A stretch of DNA of 64,000 bases from NCBI GenBank assembly GCA_963713045.1, contig CAVQKE010000001.1, positions 640,001-704,000 on the forward strand, read 5' to 3'. Shown here piece after piece: positions 9,750-18,744 of the stretch. The notes under the pieces were generated by a model. The model was not told the DNA's origin. It ran no database searches and saw nothing but the letters and a program-made list of their open reading frames with translations. The translations under genes and the position numbers were made by a program. The DNA is from an uncultured delta proteobacterium (GTDB lineage: Bacteria > Myxococcota > Myxococcia > Myxococcales > Myxococcaceae). The first letter of the stretch is position 1, and every line of letters starts with the position of its first letter.

Positions 9750-11140
9750 ATCTCCTCCCGAGACGCGAGCAGGCGCTCCAGCCGTTCCGGTTCGGGCCGC
9801 ACCAGAAACGTCTTCTCGCGCGAATAGCTCACCGCTCCCGGTGCTCCCCCCTTCACCCGCCGGACGAATTTTGCCCGGGTGTAGCTCACCTCGCCCGGTT
9901 GCCCGTCCGCACCTCGAGCGTGGTGCAGCGCCAGGTGGGCCGCATCCAACAGCGTCTCCTGTGGCACGTCGCCGCCGCGTGCCAGCGGAATCAAGACGTG
10001 GGCGCCTGGAACGCCGCGGGCGTGGAGCCAGAGGTCATTGGGGCGCGCGACCCCGAAGGTGAGGGCATCGTTGTCGCGGCCGGCACGACCGACCAGAATG
10101 CGCTCCCCTGAGCGCCCGTGAAACACCCGGTAGGGCTGGTGCGTGCGTGGAGCCTTGCGCGTCGGTGCCGGCTTCGCCGTCTCCAGCTCCGCCAGTAGCT
10201 GCGCATCGGGCACTTGGCGGGCGGCGGCCAATTCCGCCTCGGCGGCTCTGAGCTCAGCCTCCAACTCTGTCAACCGCGCGCCGGCCCGGGCGCTGCCGCG
10301 GCTCAGCCGGCGGTAGCGTTGAAAGTGCCGCTCGGCCTGCGCCCGCGCGTCCAGCCCTTCTTCCAGGGGCACCAGCACCGGTCGCGCTCCTTCAGCGCTG
10401 TACTCGGTCAGCGTCACCTGCTTCGCGCCGCGGGCCACCCGGGAAGCGTTCTGGCGAAGCAACTCGCCGAAGCGCCGGTGCTGTTCGGCAGCGTCTGTCC
10501 GGTTGGCCTCGGAGCGGACCTTCTCGACGGTTCGCCGCAGGCGCTCGACGCGCGTCCGCAGTGGCTGCACCCACTGGCGGCGCCGGGCCGCTGCGCGGAG
10601 GCTGGCCTCCTTCTGGGAGAAGAGAGCCTCGACGGCCAAGCCCAATTCGACGCCATCCGTCGTCTCGGGAAGTCGGGAGGGTGGCTCGCTCTCCGGTTGG
10701 GCGGTCGGCGGTCGAGGTGACCGCGGCCCTTCTCCGGAAGCGGCGAGCGGGCGCCGACCTTCCCCAAGCAGAAGCAGCGCCCCTGGGGGGCCCGCTTCGA
10801 GGACGAGAATTCGGGAATGGCTTGCCCGCACAAACCCGAGCTCCACTTCCCGGGCGCCGGTTTGCTGAAGTGCGTTCAGCCGCGAGCCGACCAACTCCTT
10901 GCGAAGCCGAAGGAGGAAGGGCGAAGGCGCGCGGGCGGCGGGGGTGCGGGCGCTGGCCACGCTGAGACGGGCCCCTTCAGGCTCGGCGCACAGCAAAAGA
11001 CGCACCGTGCGTCCGGGGCGACGCAACTCAAACTCCGCGCGCAGCGGCGCAGCGCTGCTAATTTTTTGGACCACCGCGCCCGTCAGCGCCTCGCGAAGTG
11101 CGGCGGTGACGGCGGCGAACTCGGCCGGGCGCAGCGACAT
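9746..11140 (-). CDS. NFACT family protein (RqcH/Rqc2/FbpA-like ribosome quality-control factor)
   Basis: NFACT-N (LTGAVVQKI...LRKELVGSRL), coiled coil, NFACT-R (ILVGRAGRDNDALT...DLWLHARGVPGAHV...VSYTRAKFVRR). Confidence 0.88.
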   Translation of the reverse strand: MSLRPAEFAAVTAALREALTGAVVQKISSAAPLRAEFELRRPGRTVRLLLCAEPEGARLSVASARTPAARAPSPFLLRLRKELVGSRLNALQQTGAREVELGFVRASHSRILVLEAGPPGALLLLGEGRRPLAASGEGPRSPRPPTAQPESEPPSRLPETTDGVELGLAVEALFSQKEASLRAAARRRQWVQPLRTRVERLRRTVEKVRSEANRTDAAEQHRRFGELLRQNASRVARGAKQVTLTEYSAEGARPVLVPLEEGLDARAQAERHFQRYRRLSRGSARAGARLTELEAELRAAEAELAAARQVPDAQLLAELETAKPAPTRKAPRTHQPYRVFHGRSGERILVGRAGRDNDALTFGVARPNDLWLHARGVPGAHVLIPLARGGDVPQETLLDAAHLALHHARGADGQPGEVSYTRAKFVRRVKGGAPGAVSYSREKTFLVRPEPERLERLLASREEM

Positions 11141-11163
11141 GTGCGTCTCATCCTGGTGGACAG

Positions 11164-11199
11164 AAAAACGGCCCGGGCCTCCTTCGGGCCCTGGGCCGT
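11164..11199 (-). terminator. Intrinsic terminator between the 28-aa basic ORF and the NFACT gene
   Basis: Minus strand ACGGCCC(A)GGGCC-CGAAGGA-GGCCCGGGCCGT then TTTT. Confidence 0.75.
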
Positions 11200-11233
11200 G
11201 TCATCCACCCCTGAGCGAGACGGAGGGGGACCG

Positions 11234-11320
11234 CTACTTCCTCGACCTCCGCGTCGTCTTCCTCTTCGTCTTCCGGGCGGCGGGCTTCTTCTTTGCGGTC
11301 TTCCTCTTTTTCGCTGCCAT
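11234..11320 (-). CDS. 28-aa Lys/Arg-rich small protein MAAKKRKTAKKKPAARKTKRKTTRRSRK (not in the ORF track)
   Basis: GGAGGG SD 5 nt before ATG, TAG at 11236-11234, own promoter and terminator; 16 of 28 residues basic. Confidence 0.8.
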   Translation of the reverse strand: MAAKKRKTAKKKPAARKTKRKTTRRSRK

Positions 11321-11350
11321 CGCGTCCCTCCGGTTGAATTGCAATGTGTG

Positions 11351-11379
11351 ATGCTAGTGACGGTCTTGCGACGTGTCAA
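11351..11379 (-). promoter_or_regulatory. Near-consensus sigma70 promoter for the small basic ORF
   Basis: TTGACA (11379-11374), 17 nt, TAGCAT (11356-11351). Confidence 0.8.
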
Positions 11380-11420
11380 CGAACGGCGCGTTCACGCTAG
11401 GGTCTCACGTCCACCGAAGA

Positions 11421-12773
11421 ATGCACGCCAGCCAGCTCATCTTTCCCCCTGACTTCGTTTTCGGCGTTGCCACGGCCGCCTACCAGGTGGAAGGCAACAT
11501 CGAGAATGACTGGAGTCACTGGGAACGCTCGCAATCGCTGCTGCATTCTGCCGGTGCGGGCGTCGACCACTGGAATCGCTATCAAGCCGACTACCAGCTG
11601 GCGCGCGACGTGGGGGCCGGCGCGTTCCGCATCAGCCTGGAGTGGGCGCGCATCGAGCCGGAACGCGGCCGCTTCGACGACGCCGCACTCGACGCTTACC
11701 GCACCAGACTCCTCGCGATGCGCGCCGTCGGTTTGAATCCGGTGGTGACGTTGCACCACTTTACCCACCCCCGATGGTTCCACGCCGAGACGCCTTGGCA
11801 CAGCCCGGAAAGCGTCAACGCCTTTCGCAATTACGCCCGTGCTTGCGCTGCGGTGTTGAAGGGCTTGGACGCGCTGGTGCTCACCTTCAATGAGCCGGTG
11901 GTCCTGATGCTGGGCGGGTATGTGCGCGGCGTCATCCCCCCGGGGCTGACCGAACCGAATCTGGCCCTGCCGGCGCTGGCCAACATGGCCCGAGCCCACG
12001 TTGCGGCGCGGGAGGAGCTGCACCTGGCCATTGGGCCGGTGCCGGTGGGCACCAGTCAGAACATGCTGGCGTTTACCGCCGACCGCAGCTGGCACCCGTT
12101 GGACCATGCCTTGGTGCGCCTCACCGACGCCGCCTACAACCATGCATTTCTGGAAGCGCTGTGCACCGGCACCCTCCGCGTGCGAATGCCCGGGCTCTTC
12201 AACACGCACACCGAAATTGCCAACGGCCGCAACAGTCTCGACTTCGTGGGCGTCAACTATTACACGCGCGCCCACCTGCGCTTCGTCTCAAGGAAGCCGT
12301 TCTTCGAATTTCACTACCGAGACCCATTGCGCCGCGGGCTGACGGACATCGGCTGGGAGCAATACCCAGAGGGCTTCGGACAGACGCTGCAGGCCGTGCG
12401 CCGCTACGGCTTACCCATTTGGATTACGGAGAATGGCATCGACGACCGCCGGGGGGACCGCCGGTCGGCCTACCTTCACAGCCATTGGCAGGCGCTGCTG
12501 GCGGCCCTTGCCTCCGGTGTGGATGTGCGCGGCTACCTTTATTGGTCGCTCCTCGACAACTTCGAATGGCTCGAAGGATGGGGGCCTCGCTTCGGGCTGT
12601 ACCGCGTGGACTTCCAGACGCTGCAGCGCACCCGCACCGCCGCCTGTGACTACTTTCGCGACACGGCCCTCAGCCGGGTGCTGCATCCGCCCCCGCCGTC
12701 ACCGCCCCGCCCCAGTGCCGAGACGGAGATGACGTCGGTTGGCGCTCGGGCCCCGGGGACGGCCACCGGTTAG
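11421..12773 (+). CDS. Glycoside hydrolase family 1 (beta-glucosidase)
   Basis: FPPDFVFGVATAAYQVEG, TFNEP acid/base, ITENG nucleophile, WSLLDNFEW, RFGLYRVDF. Confidence 0.95.
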   Translation: MHASQLIFPPDFVFGVATAAYQVEGNIENDWSHWERSQSLLHSAGAGVDHWNRYQADYQLARDVGAGAFRISLEWARIEPERGRFDDAALDAYRTRLLAMRAVGLNPVVTLHHFTHPRWFHAETPWHSPESVNAFRNYARACAAVLKGLDALVLTFNEPVVLMLGGYVRGVIPPGLTEPNLALPALANMARAHVAAREELHLAIGPVPVGTSQNMLAFTADRSWHPLDHALVRLTDAAYNHAFLEALCTGTLRVRMPGLFNTHTEIANGRNSLDFVGVNYYTRAHLRFVSRKPFFEFHYRDPLRRGLTDIGWEQYPEGFGQTLQAVRRYGLPIWITENGIDDRRGDRRSAYLHSHWQALLAALASGVDVRGYLYWSLLDNFEWLEGWGPRFGLYRVDFQTLQRTRTAACDYFRDTALSRVLHPPPPSPPRPSAETEMTSVGARAPGTATG

Positions 12774-13072
12774 CCACTGCCTTGGCTGCCCGTCTCGCCA
12801 GCCATGGCCGGCCTCCTCTCCAGCTGTTGCGGCTTGGGGCGCACCGAAGACGTCCTTGTTGGGGGACTCTCTTTTGCCAACATCCGTCTCCCAGCTGACA
12901 CCGGGCGATGCCGCAGCGGTGTGGTTTCGTCGTGGCGCCGAGGGCTTCTCCAGTCCCTGGCGCCTCTGTCTTACAAAGGCGCCCCTGGGGCCTCGACTGG
13001 CCGGCAGGCGAGGGTGCGGCAAGGTGTCGCGCCCCTCCCCGGAAGGGGCGGGTTACGCTACAAGCTGCTTTT

Positions 13073-13759
13073 GTGAGGGGCATCCCCGCGTCCAAAGCAG
13101 GCGTCTTGGGCATGGCGTTGGCAGCCTGGCTGCTGCCCGCTGCGGGCCTCGCCGCGGATGGAGGGGCGCGAGCCACCGACCCCGGGCTGGACCTCGGTCT
13201 TGAGCAGCGGACGTCCCGGGCGCCAGACGGAGCCTGGGACTGGGCGGTGGACGGCAGCGCGGTGCTCCCCGTCGTCGACGTCGCCACCCAGTTTCGCCTC
13301 GGTCTGCGCCTCACCGACGTTGGCCGGGTTGAGCACTTGTCGGCGCGTTGGGGGCTCGGGCCGAAGGGCTGGACGGCGGCCCAGGCCCTCTTTTGGAGCG
13401 GCCGGATGGACCGCAGTGCCACCGACCAAGTGGCCATCACCTTTGCCGGCGGCGTCCGCCTCGACGCCCTCGCGGAGGGCCTTGGCCTTCCGCGCACCTC
13501 CTGGGTGGAGCTTGGCCTGCAGAGCCGGACGCTGGCCGATGCCTCGGGGCGGACGCGACTGTCCTCGACGCTGGTGCTGTCGCTGGACTTTGACCTCCTC
13601 GCCAACGTCCCAGAGGGTCGTCCCCAGCGGCCGTCCTCCGGCTTTCGCATCCGCGCCAGCGCAGCGCTCGGCAATGACCCGGGCTGCAACCTGGGGACGC
13701 CGACCGTTCTCTTCTTCAGCGGTCGGTGCCTGTCCCTGGCCTTGGCGTTGGAGTTTTAG
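13073..13759 (+). CDS. Hypothetical exported protein, possible small outer-membrane beta protein
   Basis: Signal-like N-terminus, amphipathic strands, C-terminal LSLALALEF; start uncertain. Confidence 0.5.
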   Translation: MRGIPASKAGVLGMALAAWLLPAAGLAADGGARATDPGLDLGLEQRTSRAPDGAWDWAVDGSAVLPVVDVATQFRLGLRLTDVGRVEHLSARWGLGPKGWTAAQALFWSGRMDRSATDQVAITFAGGVRLDALAEGLGLPRTSWVELGLQSRTLADASGRTRLSSTLVLSLDFDLLANVPEGRPQRPSSGFRIRASAALGNDPGCNLGTPTVLFFSGRCLSLALALEF

Positions 13760-13798
13760 CGCCTGGCCTGGGGGAGGCGGCGCACCCACGTGCCCGCC

Positions 13799-14812
13799 TC
13801 AACCGAGCGCCGAGCGGTAGTCGACCTCCTGCTCTTCGGCGGCTGAACCGTCCCCCACCGCCTGGCAGAAGAAACGGTGCACGGCGGCCTGGACAGCCGC
13901 CAGGTCGGCAAGTTGATTCACTTCGGAGCGGAAGGCCGCCGCACCGTGCAGGCCATGCGAGTACCAGCCCAGGTGCTTGCGGAAGCTGCGGACCGCGGCC
14001 AGCGGCTCGCCCACAAACGCGACGTGGGCCGAGAGGTGGCTGGCCACCACTTCGCGCCGCTCCCCCGGGCCGGGCGAGGGTCCTCCAAGAATTTCTCTGA
14101 AAATCCACGGGTTCCCCAGAGCTCCCCGTCCCACCATCACCAGGTCGCAGCCGGTGCTCTCCAACATCCGGCGCGCATCGGCGGGCGCCTTCACATCGCC
14201 GTTGCCAACAATGGCCATTCGTCGGCGGTGGCGGACCAGTTCCGCAATGACGCTCCAGTCCGCAGCTCCGGCATAGCCTTGGGCGCGGGTGCGCGGATGG
14301 ACGGCCAGTGCAATGCAGCCGGCGTCTTCCAGGTGCTCGGCCATTTCCAGGTAATTGCGGTGGTGCGCATCCCAGCCGCTGCGAATTTTCGCACTCACCG
14401 GCAGTCCGGTGGCGGCATGGATGGCGCGGATGATGGCTGCGGCGCGGGGCGGCTCGCACAGCAGCGCCGAACCCGCTCCATTGCGCGTCACCTTCTTCAC
14501 CGGACAGCCCATGTTGACGTCGATGGCCTCGGCTCCCCATTGCTTGGCCACCACCGCGGCCTGAGCCATGGATTCGGCATCCCCGCCGAAGACTTGCACC
14601 GAGTAGGGGTGTTCCACTGCGGCGTCATGCCGGAGGTAGCGCAGCGTGCGGGCGCTGGCGCGCAGCAGCCCTTGGGCACTCACCAGCTCGGTGGTGCACA
14701 GCGCGGCCCCCAACCGAAAGGCCAGCACGCGAAAGGGCTGCTCGCTGACCCCGGCCATCGGGGCCAGCACGTAGGGATGGGGCAGCCGGTAGGGGCCGTA
14801 GGCGACGGACAT
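13799..14812 (-). CDS. dusB: tRNA-dihydrouridine synthase DusB
   Basis: LAPMAGVS, DVNMGCPVKKV, GAGSALL, KIRSGWD, VHPRTRAQGY, GNGDV, MVGRGALGNPWIF. Confidence 0.95.
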   Translation of the reverse strand: MSVAYGPYRLPHPYVLAPMAGVSEQPFRVLAFRLGAALCTTELVSAQGLLRASARTLRYLRHDAAVEHPYSVQVFGGDAESMAQAAVVAKQWGAEAIDVNMGCPVKKVTRNGAGSALLCEPPRAAAIIRAIHAATGLPVSAKIRSGWDAHHRNYLEMAEHLEDAGCIALAVHPRTRAQGYAGAADWSVIAELVRHRRRMAIVGNGDVKAPADARRMLESTGCDLVMVGRGALGNPWIFREILGGPSPGPGERREVVASHLSAHVAFVGEPLAAVRSFRKHLGWYSHGLHGAAAFRSEVNQLADLAAVQAAVHRFFCQAVGDGSAAEEQEVDYRSALG

Positions 14813-14887
14813 AGCGCGGGCCGACTGCCTACCATGGAGGGCCAGGGTTCCAGAGGCGCGGCCGTCCCCTGGGAGTAGAGTCCTCCC

Positions 14888-16291
14888 ATGTTGCGCTTTC
14901 GGCTCGGTCCGATTCCGGTGGAGGTGCACCCGAGCCACCTGCTCATCGCCGCCGCCTTCGGCTTTGGCAGCCTCGGGCAGGCCGCGGAGGACCCCACCAC
15001 CTGGCCGGGCCGGGTGCTTTCCAGCGGTGACAGCCTGGCGGTGACCGGCACCCAGGCAGCGGTGGTCGCCCTCTGGGTGGCCATCGTCTTTGTCTCGGTG
15101 CTGGTCCATGAACTGGGCCACGCGCTGGTGTCGCTCGCCTTTCACTACCAGCCCAGCATCCAGCTGGTCGCTCTCGGAGGCCTCACCAAGCCCAATGCGC
15201 CGGGGCCCATCCCTTGGAACCGGGAGGTGCTGCTCACCCTGGCCGGACCCCTGATGGGCGCAGCCTTTGGGGCCCTCTGCCTGTTGGGCCTCGGCACCAT
15301 CGGCCCCTTCTCCGACGTGGCCGCCTATGCGCTGCAGCGTGCGGCCTGGGCGAACTTTCTGTGGGCCGTCTTCAACCTGTTGCCGGTGCTGCCGCTGGAC
15401 GGAGGACGCATTTCGGCGGCCGTGCTGACCCGGGCCTTTGGCAAGCGCGGCTTGGCAGCCGCCCAGGTGCTGGCGATTGGTGTTTGCGCCGCGGTCATCT
15501 ACCGGTGGTGGCGCCAGGGCCCGCTGATGACGTTGCTCTTCGCTCTCTTCGGGCTGCAGGCGGTGCGCGGCCTGGCGGCGCTGGTTCGAGGCGAGGAGTC
15601 CATCCCGCAGTCCACGGAATTGCAGCAGACGGAGGCGCTCTTCCGCGAGGGCAAGCTGCAGGCAGCGCGAGAGCACGCCGAGGCGCTGTTGGCCGACAAG
15701 TCAAGCCCAGCACTGCAGTCGCGCGCGCACCACCTTCTTGGGTGGATAGCGCTCAAGCAGGGGGAAGGCCGCCGAGCGCTCTCCCATTTCAGCCAGGTGC
15801 AGGGCCGTGGCGTCGAGAAGCATGCGCTGGCCGCCGCCTTCAGTCTTTTCGGAGACGACGCTCGGGCGCTGCCGCTCTGGCAGCAGGCCTATGAAGCCTC
15901 CCGCGACTCCACCATTCTCCACGAATGGGCCGGAGCATTGTTGCGCGCTGGAGAGACGGACCGCGCAGCGCGACTGCCCGGGGTGGACCTGGGCAAAGCC
16001 TACGCCTGTGCCGAGCGCGTGGCTTTTCTGCGAGGCGACTTCACGCGCGCTGCCGAGCTGGGGTTAGCCGCACTCGACCGGCACCCTTCGGCCGAGGCCG
16101 CCTACGACGTGGCCTGCGCTCTCGCACGGGCCGGCGAGCTCGACCGCGCGGTGCTCGTCTTGGAGCGGGCGCGCGACCTCGGCTTCTCTGACGTCGCCTA
16201 TGCGCGCACCGATGCCGACCTCGCCGCCCTCCACGGCCATCCCGGCTTCGAGCGCTGGCTGGACGCGCTGGGAAAATCGGCATCCGCCTGA
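14888..16291 (+). CDS. Site-2 protease (M50) with C-terminal TPR region
   Basis: VLVHELGHA, LAGP, FNLLPVLPLDGG; TPR helices and YDVACALAR terminal motif. Confidence 0.9.
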   Translation: MLRFRLGPIPVEVHPSHLLIAAAFGFGSLGQAAEDPTTWPGRVLSSGDSLAVTGTQAAVVALWVAIVFVSVLVHELGHALVSLAFHYQPSIQLVALGGLTKPNAPGPIPWNREVLLTLAGPLMGAAFGALCLLGLGTIGPFSDVAAYALQRAAWANFLWAVFNLLPVLPLDGGRISAAVLTRAFGKRGLAAAQVLAIGVCAAVIYRWWRQGPLMTLLFALFGLQAVRGLAALVRGEESIPQSTELQQTEALFREGKLQAAREHAEALLADKSSPALQSRAHHLLGWIALKQGEGRRALSHFSQVQGRGVEKHALAAAFSLFGDDARALPLWQQAYEASRDSTILHEWAGALLRAGETDRAARLPGVDLGKAYACAERVAFLRGDFTRAAELGLAALDRHPSAEAAYDVACALARAGELDRAVLVLERARDLGFSDVAYARTDADLAALHGHPGFERWLDALGKSASA

Positions 16292-16358
16292 CAGTGGCCT
16301 GACAGCCGGCCCATAGATGAGAGGGTGGCCGGACTCCCCGGCTCTACCCCCTGGGCCC

Positions 16359-17351
16359 ATGACCTCCACCGAAACCCCTGCCTTGCCCCACGACGAGCGC
16401 ATCAAGTGGGTCACGTCGTTGCCCTTCTTCGGCGTGCACGTCATGGCGCTGTTTGCCTTCGTGGTGCCCTTCAAGTGGCACTACGTCGCAGTGTGTGTCG
16501 GCTTGTATTACTTCCGGATGTGGGCGCTCACCACTGGCTACCACCGCTACTTCAGCCACCGCACCTTCAAGACCGGCCGTGTCTTCCAATTCGTCCTCGC
16601 CTTTTGCGCCTGCCTCTGCACGCAGAAGGGCCCACTGTGGTGGGCCGCTCACCACCGCCACCACCACCGCTACTCGGACCAAGAGCAGGACGTCCACTCC
16701 CCGTTGCAGCGCGGCTTCTGGTGGAGCCACGTCGGGTGGATTCTCTGCGACCGGTACGTGGAGACGCGCTACGACGCCATCAAGGACTTCGCCCAGTACC
16801 CCGAGCTGCGCTGGCTGAACCGCTGGTACATCGTCCCACCGGTGATGCTTGCTGTGGCCCTCTTCTTCATCGGGGGCTTCCCGTTGCTGGTGTGGGGCTT
16901 CTTCGTCAGCACCACCTTGCTTTGGCACGGCACTTTCACCATCAATTCGCTCAGCCACGTCTTTGGGCGCCGCCGCTTCAAGACGGCGGACACCAGTCGA
17001 AACAACTGGCTGTTGGCCCTCATCACCTGCGGCGAGGGGTGGCACAACAACCATCACTACCACCAGAACACCGCCAACCAGGGCTGGTTTTGGTGGGAGT
17101 TCGACCCAAGCTTCTACGTGTTGCGCGCCCTCAGCTGGGTCGGCCTGGTCTCTGACCTGCGCACTCCGTCCGATGCGGTGAGGTACGCCTACCTCCGCTA
17201 CACCGATGAAGAACGCGCCGAGTTGCGTGGAACCCCGGCCCTCTTCGGCAACGGCCGACGGGCGATGGTGCAAGCCGCCCGTCGGGCAGTCCAGCGCGCG
17301 GCGGAACTGCAGCTGTCCGCGCCCTCGACGGCGCCAGTCCTGCGGCGCTAA
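16359..17351 (+). CDS. Delta-9 type acyl-CoA/acyl-lipid fatty acid desaturase
   Basis: His boxes HRYFSH, HRHHH, GEGWHNNHH; INSLSH. Confidence 0.95.
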   Translation: MTSTETPALPHDERIKWVTSLPFFGVHVMALFAFVVPFKWHYVAVCVGLYYFRMWALTTGYHRYFSHRTFKTGRVFQFVLAFCACLCTQKGPLWWAAHHRHHHRYSDQEQDVHSPLQRGFWWSHVGWILCDRYVETRYDAIKDFAQYPELRWLNRWYIVPPVMLAVALFFIGGFPLLVWGFFVSTTLLWHGTFTINSLSHVFGRRRFKTADTSRNNWLLALITCGEGWHNNHHYHQNTANQGWFWWEFDPSFYVLRALSWVGLVSDLRTPSDAVRYAYLRYTDEERAELRGTPALFGNGRRAMVQAARRAVQRAAELQLSAPSTAPVLRR

Positions 17352-17428
17352 GGCCGGGGGGCACCGGCGACCAGGCTGCATCCCCGGGGTGGGCCGTTGG
17401 CGTTTTGACGTGCTAATGGCCCGTTCTG

Positions 17429-18007
17429 GTGAAACCCGGGACCCCCGTGCGGCGTACCGGAACCGAGGCCAATGCCGCGGAGCCGGATGAGATGCTGATG
17501 GCGCGCTTCCTCGGCGGTGACTCCGCCGCCTTCGACGCGCTCTTCGTCCGCCATGCGGGCCGGGTACACGCTTACCTGCGGAGGATGGTGGGCCCGGCGA
17601 CAGCGGACGACCTCACCCAGACGACGTTCCTGTCGATTGTCCGTTCCCGGGAACGCTTCCAACACGGAGCGCGCTTTCGGCCGTGGCTGTACGCCATCGC
17701 CGGCAACGCGGCGAGGGACTTCGTCCGCCGGGCGCGCTTTGAAAAACCCACCGAGGACGGGGAGACGCCGGAGCACGTGGCGGAGGGCCTCCCGTCGGAC
17801 CCGCTGTTGGAGCGTGCCGTCCAAAGGGCGCTGGCCCAGCTGCCCGTCCAGCAGCGCGAGGCAATTGTCTTGCACCGCTTCGAGGGCTTCTCCTTCGGGG
17901 AGATTGCCGAGACGCTGGGCCTGAGCGAGTCGGCCGTCAAAGTGCGGGCCCATCGAGGCTACGTCCGGCTACGCGAGCTGCTGGCCCACCTGGGAGAAGG
18001 GCCATGA
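17429..18007 (+). CDS. ECF RNA polymerase sigma factor
   Basis: AFDALF, ADDLTQTTF, FRPWLYAIAGN, LPVQQRE...EIAETLG...VKVRAHR. Confidence 0.93.
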   Translation: MKPGTPVRRTGTEANAAEPDEMLMARFLGGDSAAFDALFVRHAGRVHAYLRRMVGPATADDLTQTTFLSIVRSRERFQHGARFRPWLYAIAGNAARDFVRRARFEKPTEDGETPEHVAEGLPSDPLLERAVQRALAQLPVQQREAIVLHRFEGFSFGEIAETLGLSESAVKVRAHRGYVRLRELLAHLGEGP

Positions 18008-18744
18008 CGCCCCACCAGCGACTGGTGAAGCACCTCTCGGAGGGGGCGCCTGACGGCGAGGACCGCGCTCATGCCGCACAGTGTCAGGCCTGCGCTGTCC
18101 TGCTTTCCGAAGAAGGGGGAGAGGACGTTTTGTCCCCAGAAGTGCAGGCCGCCTGGCTCGGCACCGCACATTTGGAATTGGCGCGGCCGGTGCGCCCATG
18201 GTGGCTTCTGGCCCTGGGTGTCGGCCTCGGCAATGCCCTCCTCGCTGCGCTCGCCATCGCCGTCCTCGAGCCGTCGAATTGGGATGCGCCGCGCCAGGGC
18301 AACGCGCTGCTGGTCGCGGCCCTTGTCTGCCTCACCGCGTTGGCGGCCGGTGGCAGCCTGTTGGCACTGGCCCCGCGACGGCGAGGGCTTTGGGCGGTCC
18401 TCGCCGTCGCTGCGGTGGCTCCGCTGCTGGCGCTCCTCACCGCAGGCGGCCGCGCCTCCGGCCAACCGCTGGTCGCAGGCGCGCACTGCGCGTGGACCGT
18501 CCTGCTGCTCTCCGTTCTTCCAATGGCGGGCGGGGCTTGGCTACTGACCCGGGTGGCGTATTCGCCGGCCCGGGCCTTCGCCGTCGGACTGGTGAGCGCG
18601 GCAGTGGCACTGCTTGTCTTAGAGATTCACTGCGACGGCACTGGACCACACGTCCTGATGTTTCACGTCATTCCCTGGCTCGCCATTGGGGCCGGCGCGG
18701 TCCTCTTGCGCCGGGCATTGCCCACATTAAGTTACGCGCCATGA
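18004..18744 (+). CDS. Membrane anti-sigma factor, NrsF/DUF1109-like
   Basis: Overlaps the ECF stop; N-terminal HxxxCxxC, about 6 TM segments, C...EIHC...HVLMFH. Confidence 0.75.
   Translation: MTPHQRLVKHLSEGAPDGEDRAHAAQCQACAVLLSEEGGEDVLSPEVQAAWLGTAHLELARPVRPWWLLALGVGLGNALLAALAIAVLEPSNWDAPRQGNALLVAALVCLTALAAGGSLLALAPRRRGLWAVLAVAAVAPLLALLTAGGRASGQPLVAGAHCAWTVLLLSVLPMAGGAWLLTRVAYSPARAFAVGLVSAAVALLVLEIHCDGTGPHVLMFHVIPWLAIGAGAVLLRRALPTLSYAP

Noticed and set aside
13799..15676. 625-aa extended DusB (similarly the extended NmrA, VKOR, DUF1223 and YgfZ ORFs)
   Set aside because: The N-terminal extensions overlap genuine genes; homology begins at internal starts
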